Shown here: positions 11,808-25,701 of the stretch, piece after piece
How positions within the stretch are numbered: position 1 is the stretch's first letter
Layout of the letters: each line of letters starts with the position of its first letter
Source: Guillardia theta CCMP2712
Taxonomy: Eukaryota > Protista > Cryptophyta
Length of the DNA: 64,000 bases
Direction of reading: 5' to 3'
NCBI RefSeq assembly: GCF_000315625.1
Contig: NW_005434646.1
Coordinates: 604,966-668,965, forward strand
Translations under genes and position numbers: made by a program
Notes under the pieces: model-generated
Seen by the model: the letters and a program-made list of their open reading frames with translations, nothing else
Told to the model about the DNA's origin: nothing
Databases searched by the model: none

Positions 11808-14479
11808 ATGCCATGCCGGAAGACTTTACTTGTGCTGTGTGAGGGAGTGACAAGACGTAGCTGTTTGAAAAGCGTTGAGCTGCTTGCCGCCGCGCTGTTC
11901 CTCTCTCGCCTTCAACGACCGCATCTCTATACATGTCTGCTGGGAATGGAACCTGGAGGCCCAAGACAGCATTTGCTCAGGTCACCGAAGCTTGATCTTC
12001 CATGCAGCGCTCCCCTACTAACGATTGAACTCCCAGACACAACGGAGGCCCGATGTCCTTGCCGATGTTGATATGGCAATCACGGAGCATGATTTCCGGG
12101 TTGTCTCTAGTCCTGTACAAGATCGTCCAAGGAGCAGGCCATCCAGCGTGCCCTTGGATCCTTTCCGGTAACTGATGCTTGATCTCGACCTCAGTATTTT
12201 GATTTTTTGTTCAGGGCAAAGCGACCACATTCGAGTAAAGCGGCTCAAAGCTCGACCACTCGTCAAGTTCGCTCAGATCCTTTAAATGCAATGAATCGCG
12301 GAGGTTACACCAAGTCCTTGCATCTGCCTGCTTGGCCGGACTATTCTATCGGTCTTGATAGTTGCGGCAAGGCTTGGGATTGAAGGATTTTACTCTAGAC
12401 TTGGGGTTCGAGGACGATGTAGAGAATGATCCGAGGTCAGAAGCAAGGAGGGCATTGGAAGCTGGTGCTCGTGATGCGACAGCAAGTCATCATCTGACAA
12501 CATCTCCATCAGGATTCTCTAAGAGAAAGATCTGGTCGCCCGGAAACTACTACCTCAACGCCAGGGTGACAATTAGCGAGGGTGAGATATCCTGATCCTG
12601 ACGTGGTTGATCAGCTGCCGGAAGATTATCAAGGCCCTGGCTACATCACTAAATCTGTACAGAGAACTGCTGAGAGAAACGCTGAGAAGCTAGAGGAGCT
12701 GGACACGCGACTCTTCTCGTATCAGGTGCTGTGAGCCTGTCAAGATGTGACGATGACAGTGAGATATCAGATACGCTCACCATCTCCCAGTCCGACCACA
12801 CCCAGTAAGTTGCAGACGCCTCTCGTCGCCTTCCAGCCCAAGGAAGAGAATGTGCAAAGCAGGGGTCAAAGAAAGGAAGTCATGCAAATTCAAACGGCTA
12901 CTGCAGTGGAGGTTTGCAAGAATAGGCAAGTCAACGAAAATCTGAGCAGAAAGCTTGAGGAATATCGTCACAATCCACAAATTCTGATAGAAAAGATCAA
13001 GATGTACAAGGCTCAGAAAAGACTTGAGAAGAAACAGACAGATTTCATCAAGATGAATGCTTTAAATGCCACAGTCGAGATGTCAGGTCCAAATGCACGG
13101 ACCAAGCAACAGAGCCTTGTCACCATAAAGACAGACTTGAGAGTCTTGGCGGCTCAAAAGTCTAAGAAGAGACATCTTGACGAGAAATTTCACGAAATTG
13201 TGCAGAAGATTGAAGAAAGAACATTGCGAAAGCTTGCATTGAGAGATGAGGCGGAGAGAAAGAAAAAAGTCGAGAAGTACGCGCCACTGGTCAGAGTGTT
13301 ATTGCCTTGTGTTGTTGCCACTACAAGAATCATTTGCTGGATGGATTCAATCCGACAAGGCAGGGAATTCCGTGCAAGACTCCAAGTGCTGCAAAAGTCC
13401 GTTTTCTGCATACAGCGAAATTTCAAGTGGAAGCTTTGGACGTACAGGTTCGCGCGAAAGTGCAAGATTAATCGATTCGTCCGGAAACGGCTTTGGAAAC
13501 TTCTCCTTCAATATAGGATAAGGAGGAAACGAAAAGCATGCACAATCATCAAATATGAACTGATCGCTTTTTCTCAAAGCGTATTCCTCCTGAAAGCCTT
13601 CAGAATGTACAAGTCACGCGTTTATTTGGTTCAAAAGACTATCAGACAGTTTTTGTCTCGCTTGAGAACTTTGCAAGAGATTGCGCTGCAGCAGATAATG
13701 GCACATAGAGCCGAGCATTTTACTGTGCATAAAGGAAAGCACAGAGAGCAGAATTCTGAATCTCACAAGAGTCCTGGATCACCAAAAGGTGAGGAAACTC
13801 TTTTGCTTGCTTTGAATGACATCCTATGATGTAGTGAGACGAAAACGGATCCAACGGTCCGGCGAGATTTGTGTGATTGTTCGTCTGAGGATTAAAACTT
13901 GTTTGTCAGCTTGGGGGCAAGTAAAAGCTTGCCCGCTGGCGGTCTGAGCTCAGGAGGTCTGCTTGGTTGACTCTCTTGCAGTCTGAATGACTGAGTTTGT
14001 GTGGGTTCAGTGGTGGAGGCTGTGCACCAGCATGTGAGGAATCGCTGGAAGAAGGTTGAATGTCTCGTGTTGTTTTCACCGTTGCAAGTCATCTCTGACG
14101 GGAGTTTCAAAGTATTCTCAAGAGTATTGGGAGTGGTCAAAGGATATGAAGCACTGGAAGACGCTCAGCGAGCGCTTGCCTTCTATGGATTCTGATATGT
14201 CGGAAGAGATCCTGAAAAGGCATCAGGCAGATTCCGATGCAGCTAGTTCCGATGCCAGCGCTCCGCCCTTCCTTGTACACAATGTCATGGGGCTCCTTGC
14301 ACGCTGAAACGCAACAGGTGCGACGAGACAAGGATTGGATCAAGTTCAAGAGACTCAAGTCTATGGTCTTGCACGTCGCGCTGTCACTGGTAGCTGACAT
14401 GGTTGGTACACGCCAGCACAACGAGACGGATGTTTTGAGTCGAATTAGCCCCCCCAAACCGATTTACTCCATCCAGTAA
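11808..14479 (+). CDS. Hypothetical basic coiled-coil protein with IQ-like motifs (multi-exon)
   Basis: 360-aa ORF 12747..13829 with IQRNFKWK and VQKTIRQF, flanked by exons with GT-AG introns. Both ends uncertain. Confidence 0.55.
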
Positions 14480-14619
14480 GCATTGCCAACTCACAAACAA
14501 GAGACTGAATCTGAGGCAGACTCGACTTCGCCCATGAGATCCAACCTCTCTTGACTGAAACATGACGAGAGGTACATGGCAAGACAGTCATGCGTGAGCT
14601 CTAGGCTACATCTGTACTC

Positions 14620-16620
14620 CTACAAGTTGAGGTTGCGCAGGAACTCTGTAACAACCTGGTAAAAAAACAAGTCAACGCTCGTCAATGAGCGGGTATTGCT
14701 CTTGGGTTGATCGAACAAGGACATCGAAGTCCATCGGAGCTTAGGAGCAGGATGTCGCTCCTGCCTCTGAGAACTTTCCGTACGGGCATTGAGGACAGAA
14801 CCATCCCTCGGTCCCCTCCTGATCGGCATATGTGTCAGCCGTACACTCCAAGCAGTGCGTCATCCCGTTGGGTGAATGCTTGCCTCTTGGGCACAGCCAG
14901 CACGCACCCAGACCCTCCACAGGCGCGTACGTTCCTGGTGGACAATCGGAGCAGGCGAACCCGTACTCTCCTTGCTGTCCTCGCGAGCAGTTGATGCAGA
15001 GAGTCGGAGAGTCGTTGATGCCCTCCTGGTATATCCAGCTCCCTGCCGCACAGAACGTACATTGCAGCATCCCCTCGCTCGCCGCAAACTTGCCCTCAGG
15101 GCAGAAACTGCACGCGGTCGATCCTGTTTCATTGTTGTACTTTCCCTTGCTGCACGACGCACACGTAGCTGCAGACGTCTGATCTGCAAACGTGCCTGGG
15201 CGACACGCGGAGCAGGTTGTTGAATTCTCGTGGTCTGAAAACTTTCCGAGCGGGCAGTCGGAGCAGAAGCTTATCCCCTCCAGGTCGGAAAACTTGCCTG
15301 ACCAAGAAGGTCACAAAAGGGCTTAGCAAGATTCGCAGTGATACCTAGAGGGCACAGTTGACAACCGGTCGAGGTCTCTTTCCCGTTGTAGAAGCTCCCT
15401 TTGGGACAATCGGAGCAAGTCGAGCTGCCGCTAGGGTCTATTCTCACATCTTGACAGTACCGGCAAAACGAAGATCCCGTCACCGTGTTGAATTTTCCTG
15501 GAGGGTCGACAAGTGAGAGCCTTTCTCCCCCCTTCCTTGCTCCTACCTAGCTGACATTCAGAGCAAACCCCGTCTGCCTCTAGGGAGTATTTGCCGACGG
15601 GACAACTCGCACAGCCAGTCTTGGAGGCAACAACAAACGTCCCAGCCGGACAGTCCCGGCAACTTGCGTCTGCAACGCCCTTGTACTGCAGACCCTCGCA
15701 GGGGATGCAGGAAGTTCGCTTCTGCTCCTGCGCAAACGTGATGTCCAGGATGAGGGAGTAGTCCGCCGATTCCTCCTGGTCGATCCATTCGTTCTTGATG
15801 TAGAGGACTTGATGACCTGCATGGTCATGCAGGCGTCAGCTCCTTTGCTCTTTGCTCCTGCCTCCTAACCTTGCGGCATCATCAGGCCGAGTTTGGATGG
15901 CGGAAAGTTTGAGCTCAAAAGTCCTCCAAACGAGTAAAGGAGAGGAGCGTTGATCGAATCTGATTCGTAGGGCGCCGACAGCATCGAGAAGTATTGAGGG
16001 AGACCTCTTGAAGCATACCTGCTCTGCACAAAGTCGAAAGTGGATGTCATGATGAACCCGACTTGTAAGTCAGTCTTGAATAGCAGCTCCAAATCACACT
16101 TTTGCTTGCCATAATGGTACGCTGGTGGAAACTCTATCCGCAGCTGAGTGTTGGACAGCTTTGACACGTTTGCACCAAGGGGATCGAAGACAAGTTTTCG
16201 TATCGTCATGTTGAACGTCGGGAACAGAAAGGTTTCCTCCTGAGGCCCCAAACCAGGGGGACAATACTCGCACTTGTCTTTCCTGACGTTTGGGATCATG
16301 CTCGAAGGGCACAAGGAGCAGAAAGTTGATCCTGCGGGAGAGAAGCTTCCTGTTGAGATGTTATTCAGCATATCCTTGTCATGAGCACATACCATCTGGA
16401 CAAACAAGACAGTTCCCATGTGCATCCAGCATGGAGCCTGCACAAGAACGTCAAGTATGGCTCAACAGGGAAGCAGACAGCAGGCCTCCGAAGTATCGAT
16501 CTTACCTCCAGGGCATGTCAGGTCTCCGAGCACTGTATGGACCATCACCGTCATCGCCATCGTCATCATCGTCTTCCTCGCCATCGTCGCCATCCCTCGC
16601 TTCCTCGTCCTCAGGGTCAT
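14620..16620 (-). CDS. Secreted/surface Cys-rich repeat protein (GCC2/GCC3, ephrin-receptor-like CxxCPxG repeats)
   Basis: Many CxxCPxG(T/K)(Y/F) repeats (CSDCPPGTY, CPQCPYGKF, CSDCPKGSF); N-terminus ..MTMAMTVMVHTVLG-DLTCPG. Confidence 0.75.
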
Positions 16621-16913
16621 TCCACTTTAGAGACGTTTGACCTCAACTATCAAAAATATCCCCCCTCATCCCCTTCCATACACTCTGTGACCTTCCTGCA
16701 CTGTTCCTGCACCGGTTCCTGCACTGTCAACTGTTCCTGCAGCAGGTCCTGCAGACTCCTGCTACACTCACTCCGTGACAGAGTTGGAGTTCATGCTGTG
16801 AGCAGGAGTGCCGCAGTGCCCACTGACCGATCTGCCTGGGGGATCTGTGGCCCGGGTTCCAAATGTCTTGGTGCCAAGTTTGCCAGGCTTCTTTATTTCA
16901 TGTTACTTAGACA

Positions 16914-19755
16914 TCAGGAGGGATGTAAGTCTCCCACTCTGCTCCGAACCCGAGATTCAGGTCCCCTGCTCTCTCCGCCCTGCCAACTTCCATCAGCCCG
17001 ACCCCCCACACCAACAAGGACCCCCCACCTCTTCAAGTTCACTTCCAGCGCTCTCTTCTTGGCGATGGGGATCTCGTCCTCAGATCTGCTCACTCCCTCA
17101 GGGGCTCCAACAGGACCGGGACTTGCAACTCACCTCTCCTTGGCAGGGGGTTGCTCCACCTTCTTGCTCTCCGCCTTTACCTCCACTTTGCTGTCCTTGG
17201 CTGGCGCCGAAGACTTCGGCTCCTCCGCCTGTGATGTGCGCCAGCCTCTCAGCCTGCAGGAGCTCCGGAAAGGACTCGCACCTTCTTGACGGGCTGTGGC
17301 GCGGGAGCCTTCTTGGGAGCCTCCTTCTTGGGAGCCTCCTTCTCCTTCGCTCCTCCTTCAGTCTTCTCCTGCACGGGGGTCACCCAAGGGGACACGGGCG
17401 TGCGTCCGCGTGCCGACCTCTGAGTCCACTTTGTCGATAATCTTCTCGGCGATGTTCAAGAAGTTGAGAGCAGCTCCCTGCGCGCCAGCCTCATCCTCAC
17501 TCCTCCTCCTCCTCCCTCTGCTCTACCTTGAAGACATCCTTGGCCTTTGATGACACGTCAGCGCTGCCGATCCTGCCAGTGTACTTCAGGCTGGCAGCTG
17601 GGGTGGGTGTTGGAAGGAACCTGCCAATAACTTGCTCAAAAGGCTGAGCCTTCGGCTCGTCTGCCTTGGGCTGTGCTGCTGCCTGTACACCGGATCTGAG
17701 AATCAGGAGGGCAAGGAGAGCAGCGACAAGACCTTAGGAGGAGCAGGTGGAGGGGTCTGTGAGGGAGCGGCGCTCTTCTTCGGTGCAGGGGTATCCTTCT
17801 TGTCCTGAGTTGGCAGTGCACTGCACAAGAGTCATTCAAGGAACAACGGGCAAGCAAAACGACTTGTCGAGAGCGTTGAAAACTCCTCCAAAGAGACCAG
17901 AAACGGCATTGGAGGCAGACTGAGAAAACGATCAACGACTTGATCACGAGGTAGTAAGACAAGCAGCAAGACCTGCTTGACATCTGCAGCGGTTGGTGTA
18001 GGAGCCTTGGCAGCTTGCTTGGGAGGGGTCTGCTTGGGGGCAGCTGGGCTAGGTGACGCAGCAGCCTTTTGTGCCTTGGGTGCCTCCGAAGACCCACCGA
18101 AGGGTGAAAAGTTGTTGAGAAGACCACCGAAGAGGCCTCCTACTGCCGGCACAGCCTTGACGCGCATGAGATCTTGGGGGTGAACGTTAGAGCTCGAACC
18201 ACAGCACGGTGCTTGGACTGCAATCACCTTCAATCGCCTCGTCAGTAGCCTTGAACAAGTCCTTCACGTCGAACACAGCTGTGCTAGTCACAATGCCTGC
18301 AGAAGTCTCAGGTGATACCCAGATAAGCTTTGACTGAGCCTCCCAGCCCACCTTCGCTGTCTGCCTCCAAGCATACAGTGTAGGTTTGCTGCCAGGGAAA
18401 GCCTGTGATAGTCGGATCTCAGCCGATCCAGCATCAAAATTTGCATGCACACCGGTCTTTGCAATGACTTCGCCGAATTTCAATTCACCAGCGCTCGATC
18501 GAACAACCACCAAATCCTTGGGAGCAACTGAGCCTGCGAGTCTGACGTGAGATGAGGTGGACAAAGCCTTTCAGCTCTACCGGCTTTGAGATACTGTGCG
18601 CCCTCGGCCCATGTTGCAGGCACTTGCTTGCTCAACTAGCGCATACTTTTACAAGTGCCACAAGAACGCAGCCTTACCTTGTCTGCGTTGGCAACAGAAG
18701 GTCCAGAGGGCTTTGCAGCAGCCTTGTTCGCGTTCGCCAAAGTTGTGGTTCTCGACGAGCCCTGCCATGAAGAATTCCACGAGAAATACGATCAGGTACA
18801 AGGGTGAATTCCTTGAATGGGAGGACCTGTCGACCGACCGCAGGAGCTGGTGCCTGCAACAACCCCGTTATATCAATGACGCTATCGTAGTTTCAAACCT
18901 TCGCAGCAGGTTTGGCACTGGGGGGAGTTGCTGCACGCGCCGCAGGTCTTACGGTCTTGGCAACCGGCTTAGGAGCAGGAGGAGGAGGCTGGCGCAGGCT
19001 GGTCTGGGCGCCCCGACCGATGAGAATGCTGGTACAAAGATCAGAAACGAATCAACTTGAGTTCGACAAGGCCATGCCTTCCTGATGGCTTCGCTGGCTC
19101 CTGAGTTGGTTTGACTGACATTCATGCATCAGAACTATTCTACGAATGCGAAATGAAGCCCCACAGATGTTGGCTGCCAACTCTGCTCGTGTCGCTCCGG
19201 GAGCCCTACCGTTCATCTGAACGACGACCTGCAAAGGTTCTTCAGTTACCAATACTGAAAGACGAGCAAACAAGGTAAGTGAAGCTTCCTACCTCCCATG
19301 AGTTCTGCCAGGCCATACCTGCCTTGGCCACTACTTCGCCATATCTCAAAGTGCCATCGGAGCGCTTCAAGAAAACAAGATCGCCAACTGCAAGCTGACA
19401 ACCATAACGTGAGTCTACCAGCACCCACCTCGAATACTTTCACAACGCTCAAAGGGAATATACTGACCTTGGGATTACGAACGTAATCTGTTCCTTCCTT
19501 CCAGTTGGAGGGAACAAGCTTTCCGATCTTGTCAGCGTGGTTCAGTTGAGCAGATAGTTCGCTGAGGCTGTTGCCTTGATTCAACAAGACACGATTCACT
19601 CGAGCAAAGGAGGGAAGAGTAGCCTTTGTACAGACAAAGGCTCCTCCCTTTGCGCTGAAAGCGTGTCCAGAGATCACTGGTGAAAATCCATTCGCCAACT
19701 CCACGACTGTGAAGAGGAATGCCGCCACAACCGAGAATCGGTTCATACCAAGCAT
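16914..19755 (-). CDS. Plastid-targeted protein with two copies of an SH3/Tudor-like module and long Pro/Ala/Lys-rich linkers
   Basis: Leader MLGMNRFSVVAAFLFTVVELANG-F. Repeat 1: NHADKIGKLVPSNWKEG..LAVGDLVFLKRSDGTLRYGEVVAKAG. Repeat 2: ANADKLSKQVPATWAEG..VAPKDLVVVRSSAGELKFGEVIAKTG. Frame of the last exon uncertain. Confidence 0.7.
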
Positions 19756-22053
19756 GTCTTGTGGTGGCGCAGTCACAGCACGCTGACCTGAACAGATAGA
19801 AATCAAAGAAGATCACATGATCAGATTCTGCGTGGAATTATTCGAAACTATTCTTTGCTACTTTTTCTGCTTCAGTTGAGGCCATGCAAATCCTTACAGG
19901 TTGAAAACATACCACTCGATTTACTGCAGGTTGAATGTTTCGGCTTCTATCACAGTTGGTCGAGACCAGTATTATGACAACGATATGTTGAATCCATCTC
20001 CTCAACCTTCAGCACTGTATCCGATGCATACCAACATAAATTCATATCCAATTTCTGGATGGCCGTGATCGTCATATCCTGCACTCTTGGCTCTCCTTGC
20101 TTTCCTACAGCCAGATCTTATCTGTGCTTCTTGAATGAACTCATCTATGCTCCAAGAATGATCCCCTGTGCCATATCTCTATCAAACTAGCTCATATCGT
20201 CTTGCTCTATCCTCTTCGTCCTCTCCTTTGCCCTCTTCGGCCACCACGAATAATCACTGCAAAGCTCTGCTATGCGGCATTGCCTCTCCGATCCTACCAC
20301 CCTGAACCCCCATGTGACAACCACCTCCACCCCCTGTTTTAGATAGTACCCTTGGTATATTTTCCACATCCTAAACCCCACCCATATACAGCAAATTTTG
20401 TTTTTATTCACCCCCATTTATCTCTTTAAAATAGATGATTTGACCAGGTGATAATTCACGGTACCCCTTAATTAATCATCGACCCACCCTAGACTCTCTT
20501 GACTACCCCATTTCACAATACCCCAACCCTCTCTATGACATTTTCTACCCTACCCCGTGACGTCTCAGCGACTCCCTAGAGAGGCGGGCCTCAGACTTAC
20601 TCATGCGTAGTTGGCGGAAAATTTATCCAAATTTAGAATTTGTGTTTGATTATGTGGAAAATGTTTCATGAAATTTTATATTTGCACAATATGAATTTTA
20701 GATTTTACGAAATGAATACGCCAACCTTGACTTGATTTGGGGCGTAATTGATTTTTACTCAACAATTGTACGAAAATGTAATAAATGATATATGTTAAAA
20801 CATAATAGGATATAAAAATATATTTAGCATCATTTTTGCTAGCAGAAGTTGGTCTCTAGAAATATTATTTGTTTTCGTTACGGATTTTAGAAAATTTATA
20901 TATAAGTTATATATAAGTTATATATTTTAGAAAAGTTATATAGTTATATACGCTACCCCCAAGAAGCTCTCAAGTTTACAGGAAACAGGGGGGGTGGACG
21001 AGTCCAAAATCATGGCATCCGATCACGTTGCTCGAACCTGACCCAGTAGTTCAGACAGGGCGGTTCTCCTTCCTGCCAAGGACAGATCCCCAAAGACTCG
21101 CCTCTTCCCATGGACTTTTGTATGCCAACGAATTTCTCTCAGGTAGATATTTTAAGTTGTAATAAGACTTATGGGCTCGAGGTTCTCGTTTCCTAGGACT
21201 ATCATGCCTCCTGCGCTTCAATTCTCCTCTGAAAATTCAATAATCATAGGTCTGAAGATGCAATTTTTAACTAATTCCGGAGAATTTTGATCATTTTCGC
21301 CAAGCTTTCTTCCTCCTCACTGTGGTGAGAAATGATGAGATCCGAATGTTCTTTTTACCCGTTGAGCAACAAAGCACTACTTGCTTGGGTTGAAAGGCAT
21401 GAAACACGAGTATCTCAATCCATATGCATATACCCTGTCTTGATTCGCAATATGCTTTCGAATATTCTTCACGTCAAGGATTTGCCGCCGCATCTCTCAC
21501 GCAGCTTTTTCCTCTTTGGAAGTCGCAGGTGCATTTGATCAAGTCAAGTCTTCCGGCATTCTATCACATTCGGGCTCCAAGGCGGATCATCGGCGAGAAG
21601 AAGAAAACGGCATAGTCGAGCTCGAATTGCCTTCCCTTGCTTCCTCGCCTGCTTCCTCTGGCGCACGCTAGATGTACCCCATTGTTCCCTGCCTCGCATT
21701 TGCACCCACCGCAAAAAAGCATTTTACTCAACATTCGTTGTAGTACAAAAGTGACCCACTCCCAGTGTGGCCCCGCCTCGGGCAATGTTTCTGTTCTGAG
21801 GCAGGCGTGTAAGCGTGCTTACCACACTCAAAGGTGGGAGAGCATGTCGGATGAGGGGGGAGCATGGGCCTCAGGGGACAGAGGAGCAGTGTGAGCACAG
21901 CCAGAGACTCGTTGAGCTTGCCTAGACTATCAACCAAGGGATCCTAGTATATAGCTCTACATCGCCCTCACCCTGGGAGGCTTCAGATATATAATTCCAT
22001 CGTGTTCCCTTACGTCGAAGTTTGCTGCAAGCTAAAAGCATAAGTCTAGAGCC

Positions 22054-23394
22054 ATGACAGCGCTGGCAGCCACTGCATTCATCCCACATTCCGTGTCCCA
22101 TCTCGTTTCAAATCTTCATGCAAGCAGGAAGAGAGCTGCTCCATTCATGTCACCAAAGATGTGTACACCACAACATCGCCCATTAAGCACCCAGCTAGGA
22201 ACAACGAAGGATGTCAGATGCGACAGGAGGTCCTTGGTTTACCTTTGTCTTATCGCTGCTTCGGGTCTTACCGCTGATGTAATTGCTCCATCGGCCGTTC
22301 TTGCAAGTGCCGGATCTGAAGCAAAAGCTGAAGCGAACTCGGGATTTTTGTCTGGAGTGGCCGTTTCAGTGGCGAAACAAACCGTCTTGTATCCCATTGA
22401 CACCATTAAAGTTCGTCTCCAAACTACTCCTCTAGAACCTTCAACTCCACTATGGAAAAGAGGTGATTTGTTCAAAGGGCTGTACAAAGGATATTTGATC
22501 CCTCTTATTTTCAATGCTCCGGCAAGTGGTGTTTTCTTCGGGATGAAAGATGCTGTCAAAAGCTACTTTTCGTGGCTCGGGAACGCTCCTTCAACATTAT
22601 TAGCAATCTTCATAGCACAATTTCCTTACTGGGTTGTCAGACAGCCTTCGGAAATCCTGAAAGTGAGGGATCAACTTGTACGTTCGACTGATGGATCTTC
22701 GATCCAAGATCAAGGGTTGTTGAACAAGTTGAAGCAACTTGATCCCAGGAGTCCAGAGAATCTTAAAGCTCTGTTTCAAGGTTTCGGGTCAAACTTGGCC
22801 TACACTTTTCCTGCAGGTTCCGACCTTCTTCTCCCGCTTGTTGCTGAAGACCTGCACAGATGCGTTAAAGTTCTCAGTATATGACGTGGTGAAGGCGCAG
22901 ATAGGTGAGGAGGGGGTTCACTAACCAGCTTTTACCTTTCTCATTCCGACGGCAGGACCCAAGGGTAAAGATCCTCTTATTGCCGCAGTCACTGGGGCAC
23001 TAAGCACCATAGTGGCACAAGTGGGATACTGTCATCATAGCTCGAAACTCAGCTGACAACCCAGCTCAGGTGGCCACAACCCCTCTCGACGTCGCTCGCA
23101 ACAAGATCATGGGGAGCAACTCTGATTTTGCAAAGGAGAACACGCTGTCTGCCATGAGGGTACTTGAGAAGGTGTGGTCCTCCCATCCCAGAGATTGAGA
23201 TTTTGATGGCAGAGAATCATCCGCGAAGAGGGTTCAGGCGCCTTGATGCTGGGGGTATGATGATGATCAGACTGTTGTGAGTGAGGGATTTGTGATTCTC
23301 TGCCCAGGTGACGCCAAGAATCCTGCGAGCGATTCTCTCTGGCGCAATACAATTTACTACCTATGAGTTCACTAAGGGCGCGGTGAAGAAGTGA
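22054..23394 (+). CDS. Mitochondrial carrier family protein (SAM-carrier-like) with plastid-type N-terminal extension
   Basis: Three carrier signatures: YPIDTIKVRLQ, QPSEILKVRDQ, TPLDVARNKIM. Five GT-AG introns; ends KGAVKK*. An upstream exon may be missing. Confidence 0.9.
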
Positions 23395-24236
23395 AATTCA
23401 AGTATGCTCAAAGATCTTATCGATTTATGGTACAGGAAAGAGTAAAACTACTCTACATGATGATGCTTAAATTGCGACCTGTTGAGAAAATAATCGGTGG
23501 TTGTATGAAAAGCTGACAACACACACACAGCCACACACCCAAAAAACGTTTTGGACAGGCGTAACACAGAAGAGGTTAGGAAAAAACCTCACTGTTGACT
23601 CCTGTTCAAGGCATATCGGCTGCAAGAGAGCGAATGATCCCACCACATACGGAACCATCGAAAAAGGCAGCCTCTCGGGGCAGGAGACAACAACAAGCCA
23701 GACTTGACAAGAAAGAGCACGAATCGATCCATACAGGAAGACAGCATCTCACCTGGTTCTTCTGCAACAGAGTGAGTCGAGCTTACAGAACTCGTCTTGC
23801 TCTCTCCCGCTTTCCTCCCCCGCCTCCTCCTCCAGCACCTGCTGCTCCCACTCCCCCTGCTCTCCGCCCTCGCACGTGCATTGAGAGTTGCCCACACGCA
23901 AGGAGCAGCAATCGATTTCATCCGATTGAAATTTGATTCGATCGATTCAGACCGATCCCCACACATTGCGTCTGTTTCGTCATCCTCCCACCCAATTTAA
24001 ATATAAATTGAAAACTACCTGCCACTAGTCCACCCCTACCCCCATTTTTATTACCCCCACCCATATAAACAATTATCGCCCATCCAACATACTACAAAGT
24101 TTCAGTATAGGATACCCCTACCAAAAGTGCTTATAACCCTCTGTATTGTAGATCAGGGGTGGTACCAAATGGTCTGGGGTCCTCGAAATGTTTCGATACC
24201 TTTTAAAGAGTCAGGCGGCCGCCGGAGGCCACAGAC

Positions 24237-25472
24237 ATGCTGCGCTCGTGCCTACTGCTTGCTGCTGCGGCGGCTGCCAGTGCGTTCACAGGTGAGCAAG
24301 CAGGGTGGAGAAGTGACGAACAACCATAATAAGAAGATTGAGAGATAGTCTATGGCATGATGGGATTGTTGACGATGAATCTTGTGAAGGGGAAGATGAA
24401 TCGACGTCAGTGAAAGTGTTCAGTGCCCGATTGGGCAAGATAATGAGCGGATTGACTTAGGGATACAATCACCTCAACCAGGGAGATTTATATGAGAGTT
24501 ATGAGGTTTCTGTGGATTTTTCTGGAATTTTGTATGGATTCAAGGCAATTGTGAGAGAGTTTGCCTTGGTGCATTCAGTTGAGTTGGGACAGCAATACCC
24601 TTTGGCAACAGCAGCAGCTATTTTTACAAAAAAATATTTCTGGTTACACTATGACATAATGACTTGTGGATTGTGATGATGCATGTTTGATCACATTCGG
24701 AACTTCAAGCTTTGTTGAGGAGCTACTTTTGTACGTCGGTTGGTTTGTGCGTGTATCTGGTTTTCCTTTTCACAAATCTGCTGATGTGATATGAAAGCTG
24801 ATACATCAGTACCACAATACAATTTGTTTTCATTGTGCACAAGAGCATAGGTAGACTAGTTGAGACGCTGCAGGATTCGTGCTGTACCTCAGATCCCGAT
24901 GCTAACAGAGTCTTCCTGCAGTTCCTGTCTCTGTCACAACTTCTGTGCGTCCTGCTACTCTTGCCAAGGCTGATTCCAGCTTCGTTGCTACCAAGCGATC
25001 CCTCCCTGTGTTTGCTGAGAGCAAGAGGCACAATGCCTTGGAGGCCCTCCAGGTCACGGGAGACTCAGTCCTTGGTTTCTGTGGCTCACCCCCTTGCAGA
25101 TGTCCTGCACTACCGAGCGCTCGAAGCAGATGCCTTGCCGCAAGGAGTGCATGCTCCTGGGCAAGCGTGCTAACAACAAGATGACCGTCTCCTTCTCGCA
25201 CAGACGCCACCACAAGTTGCAGAACGTTAACTTGCAGTGGAAGCGCATCTGGTGGGAGGAAGGCAACTCCTTTGTATGTTTGATAGTTGTCGTGAGCATG
25301 GTTGATGCCGTCTGCAGGTTCGCCTTCGCGTTTCCACCAAGGCGATCAAGACCTTGAAGACCAAGGTCCTTGACTGCTTACCTGACCAAGAGATCAACTA
25401 ACCTCCTTGCAGCCTATCCAGGAGCTCGCGGCAAGAGTTGGCTTGAACCTCAACGACTACCGTTCCGGATAA
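24237..25472 (+). CDS. rpl28: Nucleus-encoded plastid 50S ribosomal protein bL28
   Basis: Bipartite leader [18 protein letters not shown]; mature [48 protein letters not shown]. First intron is 630 nt (24292-24921). Confidence 0.93.
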
Positions 25473-25701
25473 TTTATCACTCTATAAAGTCTGTACGTTA
25501 TCGGAGACACTTCTCTTGAATTAGACTTCGTGCTTGGGGCAGCTTTGTCAAAAGGTTTTGCAATCATGCCAGCATTGTGATTAGTGGAAGCAGCGAAATT
25601 TGCTGACTGAAAACTTTTGACATCTCTTGGTGACAGCCATTTATTCTGCATGCTCTCCATCCGTACGCCCCCTTCTTATCGATCACTCCATATAAACTCA
25701 T

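Noticed and set aside
16381-17440. Long + strand ORFs of 302 and 210 aa
   Set aside because: Antisense shadows of spliced minus-strand genes with no domain signal
18768-18830. Possible third GA donor (AAG|GAATTC) in the plastid repeat gene
   Set aside because: An in-phase canonical CAG|GT donor lies 15 nt upstream
21000-21950. Possible minus-strand gene upstream of the carrier
   Set aside because: Splice-like signals are present but no consistent open frame could be built
23467-23966. Small minus-strand ORFs with a possible micro-exon
   Set aside because: No coherent product or recognisable motif
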